64,000 nt of DNA from a bacterium (GTDB taxonomy: Bacteria; SAR324; JACQKK01). The translations under genes were made by a program, and so were the position numbers. Below, one piece after another: positions 10,370 through 20,750 of the stretch. The number at the start of each line of letters is the position of its first letter. Positions within the stretch are counted from its first letter, which is position 1. Below the pieces are notes generated by a model that searched no databases, was not told where the DNA came from, and saw only the letters and a list, made by a program, of their open reading frames with translations. The DNA is taken from positions 448,001 to 512,000 of the forward strand of contig OZ251219.1 of assembly GCA_965240465.1 (NCBI GenBank). Direction: 5' to 3'.

Positions 10370-10617
10370 CCACTGCTTTCCGTAAAAAATCTACCCAAAT
10401 ACCGATATGCCTAGTACCTCTGCTGGCAATTCATGATCAACCCCTTTAATTCCCCTATTATCCTGTCTGCGATATGGTAGCAAGTTTTATAATAAATTCT
10501 AAATATGTAAGCAGAGTAAAAATAGTACTCATTTACACCAGTAGCCTGCCAAAGTGGTTTGAAATATGAGAGGATAACAAGAGCAATTATTTGGCTTGTT
10601 GTTGATGGAGAAATCAA

Positions 10618-12351
10618 GTGGGAGAGTGTAAAGGATTAGCTCAGCGTTTACGTCCGAAGCTATTTAAGGAGTTACTAGGTCAAGAGTTAACCGCAGAGGC
10701 TTTAAGTACAGCCGTGAGTAGTGGTCGTTTGGCACAGGCATTTTTGTTTAGTGGCCCTAGGGGTGTAGGCAAGACCAGTGCAGCTCGCATTTTGGCTCGG
10801 GCGTTGTTGTGTGAGCATCGTGGTGAGGGAGGAGAGCCGTGCAATAATTGTGATATTTGTGAGTCCATTCTCAGGAATGCCTGTGTGGACGTGCAAGAAA
10901 TGGATGCTGCTTCTAATCGGGGGATAGACAGTATTCGGGAGTTGCGTAAGAACGCCAAGTATGTTCCTTCTCGGGCATCTCGTAAGGTGTACATTATGGA
11001 TGAGGTGCATATGCTGACGATGGAGTCCTTCAATGCCTTATTGAAGATATTGGAAGAACCTCCCCCGCATGTGACCTTTATTTTTGCTACCACAGAATCC
11101 CAGAAAATACCTAGTACGGTGCTTTCCCGATGTCAGCGTTTTCAATTTGCTAGATTATCAGGAGAACAGATAGCCAAGCATTTAGGGGAGGTTGCCCGAC
11201 AAGAGGGAGCTGAGTTATCAGAACGCAGCTTATCAGCCTTATCTCAGCATGCCCATGGTAGCATGCGGGATGCCCTAATGGGCTTAGATCAAATATGGGC
11301 ATTCGCAGGTAAAAAAGCCCAAGCTGGCAAGATCCTGGAAATGCTGGGCTTGCTGGAAGCAAATGCAGTCTGGCAAGTGCTAGAAGCTGTGCTAGAACAA
11401 CAACCAGCTAAGGCTCTGGTAGCCCTAGATGAAGTCTATCAGCAAGGAGGATCCCTAGGCACACTCCTAGGACAATTGATAGAAGAAGTCAGCGGACTGA
11501 GCATGCTACTAGCTTTGCAGTCAAATTCGCCCGAGCTTAAAAATAATTCAGAGATCCTCTCAGCCGCCCGTATCTCGGTAGAAGCCCGAGATTTTCTAGC
11601 CCGAGCAGAGCTCTCAACCGATGTTCTACAGCAGCTGTTTTATGTCTTGCTGGAGGCAGAACAGCACATGCGCCAAAGCAGATTTGAAAAAATGTGCCTA
11701 GAAATGGCGATACTAAAGGGTTGCCAGCTAAAATCACTAGCAGGAATAGGGTTTCTACTAGAAGAAGCCCGCCACGCCGTCCAAAGCGATAAAATAGAAC
11801 GGGATAAAATAGAGCATGGTAAAATAGAGCGGGATGCCACAGAACAGGGTACCGCAGGGCAGAATAATACTCATGATAAGCTACCCTCTGTCTCTAATAC
11901 TGAAAACTCCCCCAAACCCACAAACCAGCCCCCAGCTCAGACCGTAGAACAGGCAGAACCCCAGCAAGCCAGCTCGGCAGAAACAAGCAATCCCGTCCTC
12001 ACCGATCCCGTCCTCACCGATCCCGTCCTCACCGATCCCGTCCTCACCGATCCCGTCCTCACCGATCCCGTCCTCACCGATCCCGTCCTCACCGATCCCG
12101 TCCTCACCGATCCCGTCCTCACCACCCCACCAGTCCAACCCTCCCCTTACACCCCCCACAATACCGCACCAACTAAGGCAAATAATCCCAGCTATACCCC
12201 CGCAGAACTTGAAACCCTCCAACACCCCGCGGTTCAGCAAATTAAAAACTCGTTTCCATCCCATGAAATCCTAAAAGTGAAATTAAAAAAACCTCCCAAC
12301 CTCCCTACCCCCCTCACCCCCCACATCTCCTCCCCTCCTGATCCCGCCTGA
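10618..12351 (+). CDS. dnaX: DNA polymerase III subunits gamma/tau
   Basis: GPRGVGKTS Walker A, Zn-binding Cys, EMDAASNRGID, DEVHML, SRCQRF. Confidence 0.96.
   Translation: MGECKGLAQRLRPKLFKELLGQELTAEALSTAVSSGRLAQAFLFSGPRGVGKTSAARILARALLCEHRGEGGEPCNNCDICESILRNACVDVQEMDAASNRGIDSIRELRKNAKYVPSRASRKVYIMDEVHMLTMESFNALLKILEEPPPHVTFIFATTESQKIPSTVLSRCQRFQFARLSGEQIAKHLGEVARQEGAELSERSLSALSQHAHGSMRDALMGLDQIWAFAGKKAQAGKILEMLGLLEANAVWQVLEAVLEQQPAKALVALDEVYQQGGSLGTLLGQLIEEVSGLSMLLALQSNSPELKNNSEILSAARISVEARDFLARAELSTDVLQQLFYVLLEAEQHMRQSRFEKMCLEMAILKGCQLKSLAGIGFLLEEARHAVQSDKIERDKIEHGKIERDATEQGTAGQNNTHDKLPSVSNTENSPKPTNQPPAQTVEQAEPQQASSAETSNPVLTDPVLTDPVLTDPVLTDPVLTDPVLTDPVLTDPVLTDPVLTTPPVQPSPYTPHNTAPTKANNPSYTPAELETLQHPAVQQIKNSFPSHEILKVKLKKPPNLPTPLTPHISSPPDPA
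11990..12123. repeat. Perfect 15-bp tandem repeat (atcccgtcctcaccg, 9 copies) encoding (PVLTD)n in DnaX
   Basis: Direct reading. Confidence 0.97.
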
Positions 12352-13004
12352 TGAGCGTCCCACTCTCCCTAGAAAAACTGGTGACCGCCCTAGCAAGACT
12401 CCCCGGCGTTGGACAAAAAACCGCCCAACGACTAGCCTTCTCACTACTACGCGATCAATCAGGGCTGTCCGACCAACTCGCTACCGCAATTAGCAACGCC
12501 CGCCGCGAAATCCATTTCTGTGAACGCTGCTTCAGCTACGCCGAAAACCCTCTCTGCCCCATCTGCCAAGACCCTCGCCGCGACCACTCCAGCATCTGCG
12601 TGGTGGAACAACCCGTGGATATCTACGTGATTGAACGCAGCAGAGTCTTTGATGGGGTCTATCATGTGCTGATGGGTAGCATCTCACCCCTAGATGGCAT
12701 CGGCCCCCAACAACTTAAAATAGCAGAGCTCCTACAACGAATAACCCAAGCCAACCAAACCCCTCAACCAATCCAAGAAATCATCATGGCTACCAATCCC
12801 TCCATGAACGGAGAAGCCACTGCCCTGCACCTCGCCAATCTCTTGAAGGAACATGACCTACGCCTAACTCGGCTCGCACGGGGCATCCCCGTAGGAGGTA
12901 GCTTGGAATATGCCGATGACATAACCTTAGACCAAGCCTTCCAAGGACGACAAAACCTCAGCCCTAGCACCGCCAAACCCTCTACCGCAACACCCAGAAA
13001 TTAG
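12351..13004 (+). CDS. recR: Recombination mediator RecR
   Basis: LPGVGQKTAQRLA HhH, C4 zinc finger, Toprim motifs ATNPSMNGEATA and LARGIPVGGSLEYAD. Confidence 0.96.
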   Translation: MSVPLSLEKLVTALARLPGVGQKTAQRLAFSLLRDQSGLSDQLATAISNARREIHFCERCFSYAENPLCPICQDPRRDHSSICVVEQPVDIYVIERSRVFDGVYHVLMGSISPLDGIGPQQLKIAELLQRITQANQTPQPIQEIIMATNPSMNGEATALHLANLLKEHDLRLTRLARGIPVGGSLEYADDITLDQAFQGRQNLSPSTAKPSTATPRN

Positions 13005-13008
13005 ATAA

Positions 13009-16000
13009 ATGCGAAGGATAGAAATATTCACCAAGTCATCCTACCCAGATCCCCTCGGGGAGAAATTAAAGCAACGCATCAATAAAGAAAGCAAATTCAC
13101 TCTAAAAAACCTAAGAACTGCTAATATCTACAAGATGGCTGATGATTTTCTGCCCTCCCAGTCACCTGAAAATCTACGCCAACTAGGTCAGGAATTATTT
13201 GCCGATCCAGTGCTTTCCCAGTGCTGTGTCAATGGCGAGCTGCTAAGAGAACCAGACTTTGACTGGTATGTAGAGGTAGGTTTCAAGCGTGGGGTAACCG
13301 ACAGCCTCGGACGCACCGCTCAAGAAAATCTCTGCTGGCGTTGCAACATCCCCACCCCCCCCATTCAATCGGTGTTCAGTACCCAGGGTTATTTCCTATT
13401 CCTAAGCAATGAATTAGACAAAGATGAAATCCTCTACCTAGCTGAAAACTGGATGGCTAATCCGCTGGTGCATGATGTAGACCCTTTGTCTAAGCAGGAG
13501 ATAGAGTTCATCAATGATTATTTGGCAAAAACAGAATACAAGAACATAACTCATGATAAAATATTCGTTGATCTGCCATCACAATTTTTCTCCTTACCCC
13601 AAGTAGAATTAAGTGCTCCGTCCATTAAATTACACCTACTTGATGTCACCAACCCACAACCGCTGTCTGAGGATATATTGCTATTCTTGTCTAGGGATAG
13701 AACGCTAGCCTTGTCTGAAGAGGAACTCAAAGCCTTGGTGAACCATTTCATTAGCCCAAAAATCCAAGAGCAGCGAAAAAAAATAGGCTCGGAGGAATTC
13801 TTTACTAATGTGAAGCTGGAAGAATGCATTACCGATGTGGAGCTAGAAGTACTGGCACAAACTTGGAGTGAACACTGCCTGCATAAGATATTCAAGGCTC
13901 GCATTCACTATCAAGAGGGATCTGAAAAACCCAGCTGTATTAATTCCCTATTTGATACTTATATTAAAGGAGCGACCCAAGCGATCCGCAAAAAACTAGG
14001 CCAGCGAGACCACTGCTTATCGGTATTTGTGGATAATGCGGGAGTTATGCTTTTGGATGATAATTGGGGCTTGGCAGTTAAGGTGGAAACTCATAATACG
14101 CCTTCGGCACTGGATCCCTATGGGGGAGCTTTAACGGGCATTTTAGGGGTTAATCGGGATGCCTTTGGAACTGGCAGAGGGGGTAAGTTAATATTCAATA
14201 CCGATGTATTTTGCCTAGCTCCGCCTGATGATGATCCACCGATCGGTAGTGATTTATTAGCCCCTAGTCGTATCATGGAGGGGGTCATTCGGGGGGTGGA
14301 GCATGGAGGAAATGTATCTGGCGTACCTACGGTAAATGGCTCCCTGTGTTTTGATGCCCGCTTTATGGCTAAGCCGCTAGTTTTCTGTGGCAGCGGAGCC
14401 TTGATTCCTCGCCAGTTGGGGGGTCGTCCAGGGCATGAGAAATGGGTCGCAGTCGGAGATTTAGTTGTCATGTGCGGGGGACGCATTGGTCGGGATGGCA
14501 TCCATGGGGCAACTATTTCCTCGCAGGAACTCAAGCGGGACATTCCCTTAGGGGTGGTGCAAATTGGGGATCCCATCACCCAAAAGAAGCTGTTTGATTT
14601 CCTCCTCCTAGCCCGCGATCGGGGCTTATTTAATGCCATCACCGATAATGGTGCGGGGGGATTATCTTCTTCGGTAGGAGAAATGGCGATCATGAGCGGA
14701 GGGGCAAAATTGCACTTAGAGCGTGCTCCCTTAAAATACAAGGGCTTGCAGCCTTGGGAGATTTTGCTTTCTGAATCCCAAGAACGCATGACTCTGGCAG
14801 TTCCTCCGGCCCAAGAAAAAGAGCTTTTGCAGCTGGCAGCAGAAATGCAGGTAGAGTGTACCGTACTAGGTGAATTTACTGACTCGGGGCAATTTGTCAT
14901 TTATCATAAGGGAAAAATAGCAGGCTACTTGGATATGGATTTCCTCCATCACGGCACACCCCAGATGGAACTGAAAGCCGAATGGAAGGCCCCAGTTTAT
15001 CATCCTGAGTTTTCATCAAAGCCTGCCCCCGCTGGTGACCTAACCGCTTGGCTACTACGAGTGCTAGGACGCTTAAATGTGTGTAGTAAGGAGAGCATTG
15101 TGCGTCAATACGATCATGAAGTACAAGGATGCTCGGTGATAAAGCCTCTTTGCGGTGAAGGTCAAGATGGTCCCAGTGATGCTGCCGTACTGAGGACAAG
15201 CCCCGATAGCCCTGCTGGCATTGCGATAGCCCATGGCATTTGCCCTCGCTACGCCGATTGGGACACCTACAACATGGCTGCCTGTGCTATGGATGAGGCA
15301 GTACGCTCCTTGGTGGCAGTGGGTGCTGATCCCAGTCACGCGGCGGCTTTGGATAATTTCTGTTGGTGCGACCCTTTACCGTCTGCCAGCAATCCTGATG
15401 CCAGCTATAAAACGGCTCAATTAGTACGGGCCGCCCGAGCTCTTTATGACACCGCTTGTGCCTACCAAATTCCCTTTATCTCGGGCAAGGACAGCATGAA
15501 AAACGACTTTGTGATGGGTAATTTCCGCCTATCCATTCCTCCCACCGTGCTGGTCACTGCCGTTGCCGTTGTCCCCGAGGTACAAAGAGCGATTTCCATG
15601 GACGTCAAAAAACCCGGCGATTTGGTTTATATCATCGGACGCAGCAGGGGAGAAATGGGTGGCTCTGAGTTCCTAGCCGAATTCTTGCCAGCAAAACATA
15701 CCGAAAAGAACCTATCCTCCGCTGATTCCCATCCTCCCAAACTTTACGGACATCCCCCGAAAACTTATCCTGAGGAACATCTGAAAATATATCAAAAGAT
15801 GTATAACGCCATCCAAAAGGGTTGGATTTGCTCTGCTCATGATTGCTCCGATGGCGGTGCTGCCGTTGCTTTGGCAGAGAGTGCCTTCGCGGGAGGCTAT
15901 GGCATGCGGCTCCAGCTAAAAGCTTGGATAAAGAAGGAAAAACTCCCTCTGGCACAACTGCTTTTTTCGGAAAGCCCCGGGCGTTTGATTGTAACCATTA

Positions 16001-16179
16001 GACCACAGCACCAAAAATCCTTTGAAGAAAAATTCGCAGAGACCTCCTATTGCTTGCTAGGCAAGGTTACCGAAGACCAAAATTTCACTGCCTTAAACGA
16101 AAAATCCACCAGCCTGAATACTACTTTAGAAACCCTTAAAAAAACTTGGCAAGAACCCCTTAAGCACTCCCCCCCTTAA
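13009..16179 (+). CDS. purL: Phosphoribosylformylglycinamidine synthase subunit PurL with N-terminal PurS-like extension
   Basis: QTWSEHCLHKIF, KVETHNTPS, DNGAGGLSS, LSESQERM, SGKDSM, HDCSDGG, LFSESPGR. Confidence 0.95.
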   Translation: MRRIEIFTKSSYPDPLGEKLKQRINKESKFTLKNLRTANIYKMADDFLPSQSPENLRQLGQELFADPVLSQCCVNGELLREPDFDWYVEVGFKRGVTDSLGRTAQENLCWRCNIPTPPIQSVFSTQGYFLFLSNELDKDEILYLAENWMANPLVHDVDPLSKQEIEFINDYLAKTEYKNITHDKIFVDLPSQFFSLPQVELSAPSIKLHLLDVTNPQPLSEDILLFLSRDRTLALSEEELKALVNHFISPKIQEQRKKIGSEEFFTNVKLEECITDVELEVLAQTWSEHCLHKIFKARIHYQEGSEKPSCINSLFDTYIKGATQAIRKKLGQRDHCLSVFVDNAGVMLLDDNWGLAVKVETHNTPSALDPYGGALTGILGVNRDAFGTGRGGKLIFNTDVFCLAPPDDDPPIGSDLLAPSRIMEGVIRGVEHGGNVSGVPTVNGSLCFDARFMAKPLVFCGSGALIPRQLGGRPGHEKWVAVGDLVVMCGGRIGRDGIHGATISSQELKRDIPLGVVQIGDPITQKKLFDFLLLARDRGLFNAITDNGAGGLSSSVGEMAIMSGGAKLHLERAPLKYKGLQPWEILLSESQERMTLAVPPAQEKELLQLAAEMQVECTVLGEFTDSGQFVIYHKGKIAGYLDMDFLHHGTPQMELKAEWKAPVYHPEFSSKPAPAGDLTAWLLRVLGRLNVCSKESIVRQYDHEVQGCSVIKPLCGEGQDGPSDAAVLRTSPDSPAGIAIAHGICPRYADWDTYNMAACAMDEAVRSLVAVGADPSHAAALDNFCWCDPLPSASNPDASYKTAQLVRAARALYDTACAYQIPFISGKDSMKNDFVMGNFRLSIPPTVLVTAVAVVPEVQRAISMDVKKPGDLVYIIGRSRGEMGGSEFLAEFLPAKHTEKNLSSADSHPPKLYGHPPKTYPEEHLKIYQKMYNAIQKGWICSAHDCSDGGAAVALAESAFAGGYGMRLQLKAWIKKEKLPLAQLLFSESPGRLIVTIRPQHQKSFEEKFAETSYCLLGKVTEDQNFTALNEKSTSLNTTLETLKKTWQEPLKHSPP

Positions 16180-16207
16180 GCACTCCCGCCCCTTAAGCAC
16201 TCCCCAC
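16159..16207. repeat. About 17-bp tandem repeat (ccttaagcactccc.., 3 copies) spanning the purL stop codon
   Basis: Direct reading. Confidence 0.85.
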
Positions 16208-16240
16208 CCGCAACCACTCATACTCTAAGTACCCCCCACC

Positions 16241-17065
16241 ATGAGCATTGACACCGCCATCATCACCGGATTGGGCATCAACTGTGAAACAGAAACCCAG
16301 CAAGCCTGCTATCAGGCGGGGTTCGGGGTGTCCCTGATTCCCCTGACCAGCCTTTATCGCCACGGCACCAGCCAACTGGAAAAAACCCGACTGATAATCT
16401 TCCCCGGCGGCTTCCTAGATGGTGATGACCTCGGCTGTGCCCAAGCTTGCGTCAATCGTTTCCGATATTGCCCCCTTCCCGATGGAAAAAATTTCCTAGA
16501 ATACCTGCTGAATTTTATCCAAGGGGGGGGCTTAATCTTAGGCATCTGCAATGGCTTTCAGCTACTGGTCAAACTCGGACTACTGCCAGAGCCAAGCTCC
16601 CAAACACTATCAACACCTAGCACCCCTCTACCCAAATTTACGCTCACCCACAATGCCCACGGACGTTTTGAAAATCGCTGGGTGGAGCTTCTTGTTAATC
16701 AGAAATCTCCCTGTATCTTCACCAAAGATCTCACTAGAATCAGCCTCCCCATTCGCCATGGCCAAGGACAACTGCTGTCCGACCGCCCAGACCAGTTAAA
16801 AAATAACCCGACATTCTGCCCTCTCTACTATTGCGACCCCCAAGGGAAACCCACCGAAGAATATCCTCATAATCCTAATCACTCGCCACACGGCATGGCG
16901 GCACTCTGCGACCCCAGTGGACGCATCCTCGGACTAATGCCACATCCCGAAGCTGCTTGCCAAATCACTCAACACCCCTCCTGGACACGCTCCCCATCTA
17001 AACCAGCAGGACTATCCATCTTCCAAAACGCTTATCGTTTTCTAGAACAAAATAAACAGCCTTAA
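16241..17065 (+). CDS. purQ: FGAM synthase glutamine amidotransferase subunit PurQ
   Basis: GINCETET, PGGFLDGD, GICNGFQ catalytic Cys, MPHPE. Confidence 0.94.
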   Translation: MSIDTAIITGLGINCETETQQACYQAGFGVSLIPLTSLYRHGTSQLEKTRLIIFPGGFLDGDDLGCAQACVNRFRYCPLPDGKNFLEYLLNFIQGGGLILGICNGFQLLVKLGLLPEPSSQTLSTPSTPLPKFTLTHNAHGRFENRWVELLVNQKSPCIFTKDLTRISLPIRHGQGQLLSDRPDQLKNNPTFCPLYYCDPQGKPTEEYPHNPNHSPHGMAALCDPSGRILGLMPHPEAACQITQHPSWTRSPSKPAGLSIFQNAYRFLEQNKQP

Positions 17066-17254
17066 ATAAATTAAGGTGACCGTCTTACTTGCACCAGATA
17101 GGAGGTACCGATTATCGGCATTATTTTTCTGCCCAGCTAAAACTATACCCCGACAACTTCCCGATTAAATAGCGTTTGGCTACTCTGTGGTATTTTTAGC
17201 ACAATTTAATTAATTAGCCTAAATGTAAATTCATTCCCTTAAAGGCAGTAATAA

Positions 17255-18634
17255 TTACTTGCCGATGCAAAATCTAGCAAAGATTTTGTCTAGGATATCA
17301 TCGGTGGTGGTGCTACCGACTATGTCGCTGAGGTCTTGGAGTGCTTGGTTGATGTCTTCGGCGAGCCAGGCTTGGTGTTGGGGTTGGGTGATGGTTTGCA
17401 AGGCTTGATTGATATTTTTAAGGGCTTTTTGGGCTGATTGGAGTTGTCGGGCATTGGTGATCAGGGCGTGTTCGTAGTGGGGTTTGGTTTCGCTGAGGGC
17501 TAGTTGTTGGAGTTTTTGTTGGAGTTGTGTAAGTCCGTCGCGGTGGAGAGCAGAGATGTTAATGCAGTTCCAGTTTTCAAGCTGTGTTTGCCAGAGGGGA
17601 TTTGGAGTGAGGTCTTTTTTATTGATGACGATCAGGGTTTGGGCGGGGTTGAGATCTTTGAGCAGTTTTTGGCTGTGGGAGGGGATTTTGGTAGATCCAT
17701 CCAGTACTAGTAGGGTGATGTCCGCCAGTTGGATGGCTTGGTGGGTACGTTTTATGCCTGCTTGTTCAATTTGGTTTTTGGCATTGCGGAGTCCGGCGGT
17801 ATCGGTGAGGGTGAATGCCAGTCCTGCGATTATGATTGTTCCTTCAATGGTATCTCTGGTGGTGCCTGGTTGCTGAGTAACAATGGCACGTTCTTCAGCG
17901 AGGAACAGGTTGAGCAAGCTGGACTTACCCACATTGGTAGCTCCGACAATGGCTACGGTTAAGCCTTGGAGCATCATTCGCCCTTTGGGAGCATCTTTGA
18001 CCATGGTTAGTAAATTTGTTTGGGCTTGCTGCAAACGTTGCTGGATTTCTTTCTTGCTGGAGAAATTGACATCGGACTCATCAGAGAAATCAATGCTGGC
18101 AGCCAGATAAGCAGCCGCTTCTTGCAATAGTTCCTTCAGGGCTTGGATGCTCTGCTGCAGTCGTCCGCGTAGCTGGTTGATAGAGACGTCCAAGGCTTGA
18201 GGAGAGCGAGCCGTGATCAGCTCCCCTACCGCTTCTGCTTGGGTGAGATCCAATATACCATTGACAAAGGCACGTCTAGTGAACTCCCCTGGCTGTGCCA
18301 ATCTGGCACCAGCCTCCAAGAGGGCTTCCAGCACCAATTGCAGCAGTAATGGCCCTCCATGACAATGCAATTCCACCACTTCCTCACCCGTATAAGAGCG
18401 GGGAGCAGGCATCACAACAGCTAGGGCTTGGTCTAGCATCTTTCCCCGATGCCGTAAATATCCCAATCCCAAGTGACGCTCCTTGAAGCTACTCAAGGGT
18501 TTATCATTCTTAGCAATAAACAACTGCTGAGCAATAGCTACCGCTTCATTCCCACTCAGGCGTACGATCCCCACTGCACCCATTCCAGTAGCAGTAGCAA
18601 TGGCTACAATAGTATCCTGGCTGGTGAGTTGCAT
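17255..18634 (-). CDS. mnmE: tRNA modification GTPase MnmE (TrmE)
   Basis: DTIVAIAT, PGEFTRRAF, GATNVGKS, GTTRD, DTAG, NKKD, C-terminal FCIGK. Confidence 0.97.
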   Translation of the reverse strand: MQLTSQDTIVAIATATGMGAVGIVRLSGNEAVAIAQQLFIAKNDKPLSSFKERHLGLGYLRHRGKMLDQALAVVMPAPRSYTGEEVVELHCHGGPLLLQLVLEALLEAGARLAQPGEFTRRAFVNGILDLTQAEAVGELITARSPQALDVSINQLRGRLQQSIQALKELLQEAAAYLAASIDFSDESDVNFSSKKEIQQRLQQAQTNLLTMVKDAPKGRMMLQGLTVAIVGATNVGKSSLLNLFLAEERAIVTQQPGTTRDTIEGTIIIAGLAFTLTDTAGLRNAKNQIEQAGIKRTHQAIQLADITLLVLDGSTKIPSHSQKLLKDLNPAQTLIVINKKDLTPNPLWQTQLENWNCINISALHRDGLTQLQQKLQQLALSETKPHYEHALITNARQLQSAQKALKNINQALQTITQPQHQAWLAEDINQALQDLSDIVGSTTTDDILDKIFARFCIGK

Positions 18635-18897
18635 ACCATCCTACCTTATGAGCAACTTATAGGGTGCTCGGCTTTGACCAGTTCAGGTCAGACTTGCTCT
18701 ATTATTTCCTTTAATGGATTTTTTCACTACCTTTCTTCTTTATGCATTCTTCTTTATGTGTCCTTCTTCGTGTGTTCTTCTTTATGTTGTCTCACTAGTA
18801 CTTTCTTATCTGCACATTCTTCTTTATGTTGTCTCATAGATGATCAATTCAACCAAGTACCTGCCAGAATATCCTAAACCACTCAATAGACATCGCC

Positions 18898-20445
18898 ATG
18901 AACCTCCAAGCAACTAAAAAAGACCCGCCCCAGATCCAAGGATTAACCGTCCTCAACAATATACAACCACATCTGTTGGTAATTTTCGGTGCCTCTGGTG
19001 ATTTAACCAAACGCAAGTTGATTCCAGCTCTTTATAGTTTGCACTGCAAGAAGCTATTGCCCGAGAAGTTTGCTGTGTTAGGGGCCTCTCGCTCACCTTT
19101 ATCTAGGGAAGAATTTATTCAGTCCGTGCGTACAGAGTGTCAAACGTCCCTTGATTCACCTTCTTTTACTGGCGAGGAGTGGAATTCATTTGCCCGCCGG
19201 TTGGAATATCAATGCCTGCAATACGAGGAATTCGCTAGCTATCAAGAATTGGCTACCACCATCAAGCAATTGGACCAGCGTTACGATTTGCAGTGCAATC
19301 GGTTATTTTATCTAGCTACCCCGCCTTCTGTATTTCCCAAAGTGGTGGCACAGCTGGAGCAATCATCTTTGATCAGTCGGGTTGCCGAGCCTTGGTTTCG
19401 CTTAATTGTGGAAAAGCCATTTGGGAGAGACTTAGCTTCGGCACACCAGCTAAACAACATTTTGCTAAGTACTCTGTCTGAGTCGCAGATTTATCGTATT
19501 GATCATTATTTGGGAAAAGAAACAGTCCAGAATTTGCTTAGTTTTAGGTTTGCCAATGGGATATTTGAACCGCTTTGGAATCATCGTTATGTAGATTGCG
19601 TGCAGATTACCTCAGCTGAAACAGTAGGGATGGAAGGACGCGGTCGTTATTTTGAGGAAGCTGGCATTTTGCGTGACATGGTACAGAACCATTTATTTCA
19701 GGTACTATGTTTATTTGGCATGGAGCCTCCTGCCTCACTGGAGGCGGATGCGATTCGGGATGAGAAGGTGAAGTTATTGCGTTGTTTGCGTCCTATTCCA
19801 GAGGAGAAAATGGATGACCATGTCGTGCGGGCTCAGTATTCCAAAGGGAATATCGGGGGAGGGTCTGTCTGCGGCTATTTGGAAGAAGCCGATGTCCGTC
19901 CTGATTCTACCACCGAGACATACATAGCCATGTGCTTGTATGCCGATAATTGGCGTTGGAGTAAGGTTCCCTTTTTGCTAAGAGCTGCCAAACGCATGCC
20001 GTTCAAATTCACCGAGATTAACATTCATTTTCGTCAGGTTCCTCACTGGCTATTTAGTCAGACTAGCTTACCCCCCAACCAGCTTAACATCCATATCCAG
20101 CCTAATGAGGGAATTTCCCTTCAATTCGGCTGTAAGAAACCCGGCTCGCAGCTGCACATTTCACCTGTTAAAATGGAGTTTAATTATGGCTCCTCCTTTG
20201 GCGGAAATACTCCCGAAGCCTATGAAAGACTCATCCAAGACGCCATGCTTGGCGATAGTACCCTCTTCATCCGCAACGATGAAAATGAAGCCGCTTGGTC
20301 TTTCATAAGCCGTATCCATCAGGCTTGGCAGCAGCAGCAATGCCGCCGACTACCCACCTATGCCGCGGGAGATTGGGGACCTAAGGAAGCCGAGCAACTA
20401 GCCGCCCGCCATAAAATTAACTGGGAAAAGTACTCCCGCGGTTGA
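18898..20445 (+). CDS. zwf: Glucose-6-phosphate 1-dehydrogenase
   Basis: GASGDLTKRKL, EKPFG, RIDHYLGKE, RDMVQNH. Confidence 0.97.
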   Translation: MNLQATKKDPPQIQGLTVLNNIQPHLLVIFGASGDLTKRKLIPALYSLHCKKLLPEKFAVLGASRSPLSREEFIQSVRTECQTSLDSPSFTGEEWNSFARRLEYQCLQYEEFASYQELATTIKQLDQRYDLQCNRLFYLATPPSVFPKVVAQLEQSSLISRVAEPWFRLIVEKPFGRDLASAHQLNNILLSTLSESQIYRIDHYLGKETVQNLLSFRFANGIFEPLWNHRYVDCVQITSAETVGMEGRGRYFEEAGILRDMVQNHLFQVLCLFGMEPPASLEADAIRDEKVKLLRCLRPIPEEKMDDHVVRAQYSKGNIGGGSVCGYLEEADVRPDSTTETYIAMCLYADNWRWSKVPFLLRAAKRMPFKFTEINIHFRQVPHWLFSQTSLPPNQLNIHIQPNEGISLQFGCKKPGSQLHISPVKMEFNYGSSFGGNTPEAYERLIQDAMLGDSTLFIRNDENEAAWSFISRIHQAWQQQQCRRLPTYAAGDWGPKEAEQLAARHKINWEKYSRG

Positions 20446-20483
20446 TGGCAGTCTGGCTTAAAGATCTAAGTCTCAGATATTTT

Positions 20484-20706
20484 CCTAACCGAGTTACTGC
20501 CTAACTGATTTGCTACCTACCCGAGTTACTGCCTACCCGAATTACTACCTACCCGAGTTACTGCCTACCCGAATTACTGCCTAACTGATTTGCTACCTAC
20601 CCGAGTTACTGCCTACCCGAATTACTGCCTAACTGATTTGCTACCTACCCGAGTTACCACCTACCCGAGTTACCTACCCGAATTACTACCTACCCGAATT
20701 ACTGCC
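20484..20706. repeat. 16-bp minisatellite (cctacccgarttactg / cctaactgatttgcta variants, about 14 copies)
   Basis: Direct reading; intergenic between zwf and pgl. Confidence 0.95.
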
Positions 20707-20750
20707 CCACCAAGATACCGCCCTGCTGGGCTTAGCAATTATTTATAGGC

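Noticed and set aside
10370-10617. SRP RNA or tRNA-Ser often found upstream of dnaX
   Set aside because: AT-rich spacer without the SRP GGAA-loop helix or a cloverleaf
11305-11325. dnaX -1 programmed frameshift site
   Set aside because: The A-run reads GGT AAA AAA GCC, not the A AAA AAG phase, and lies too early in the gene
14118-14900. 260-aa minus-strand ORF and other short ORFs nested in annotated genes
   Set aside because: Antisense shadows of well-supported genes with no recognisable motifs
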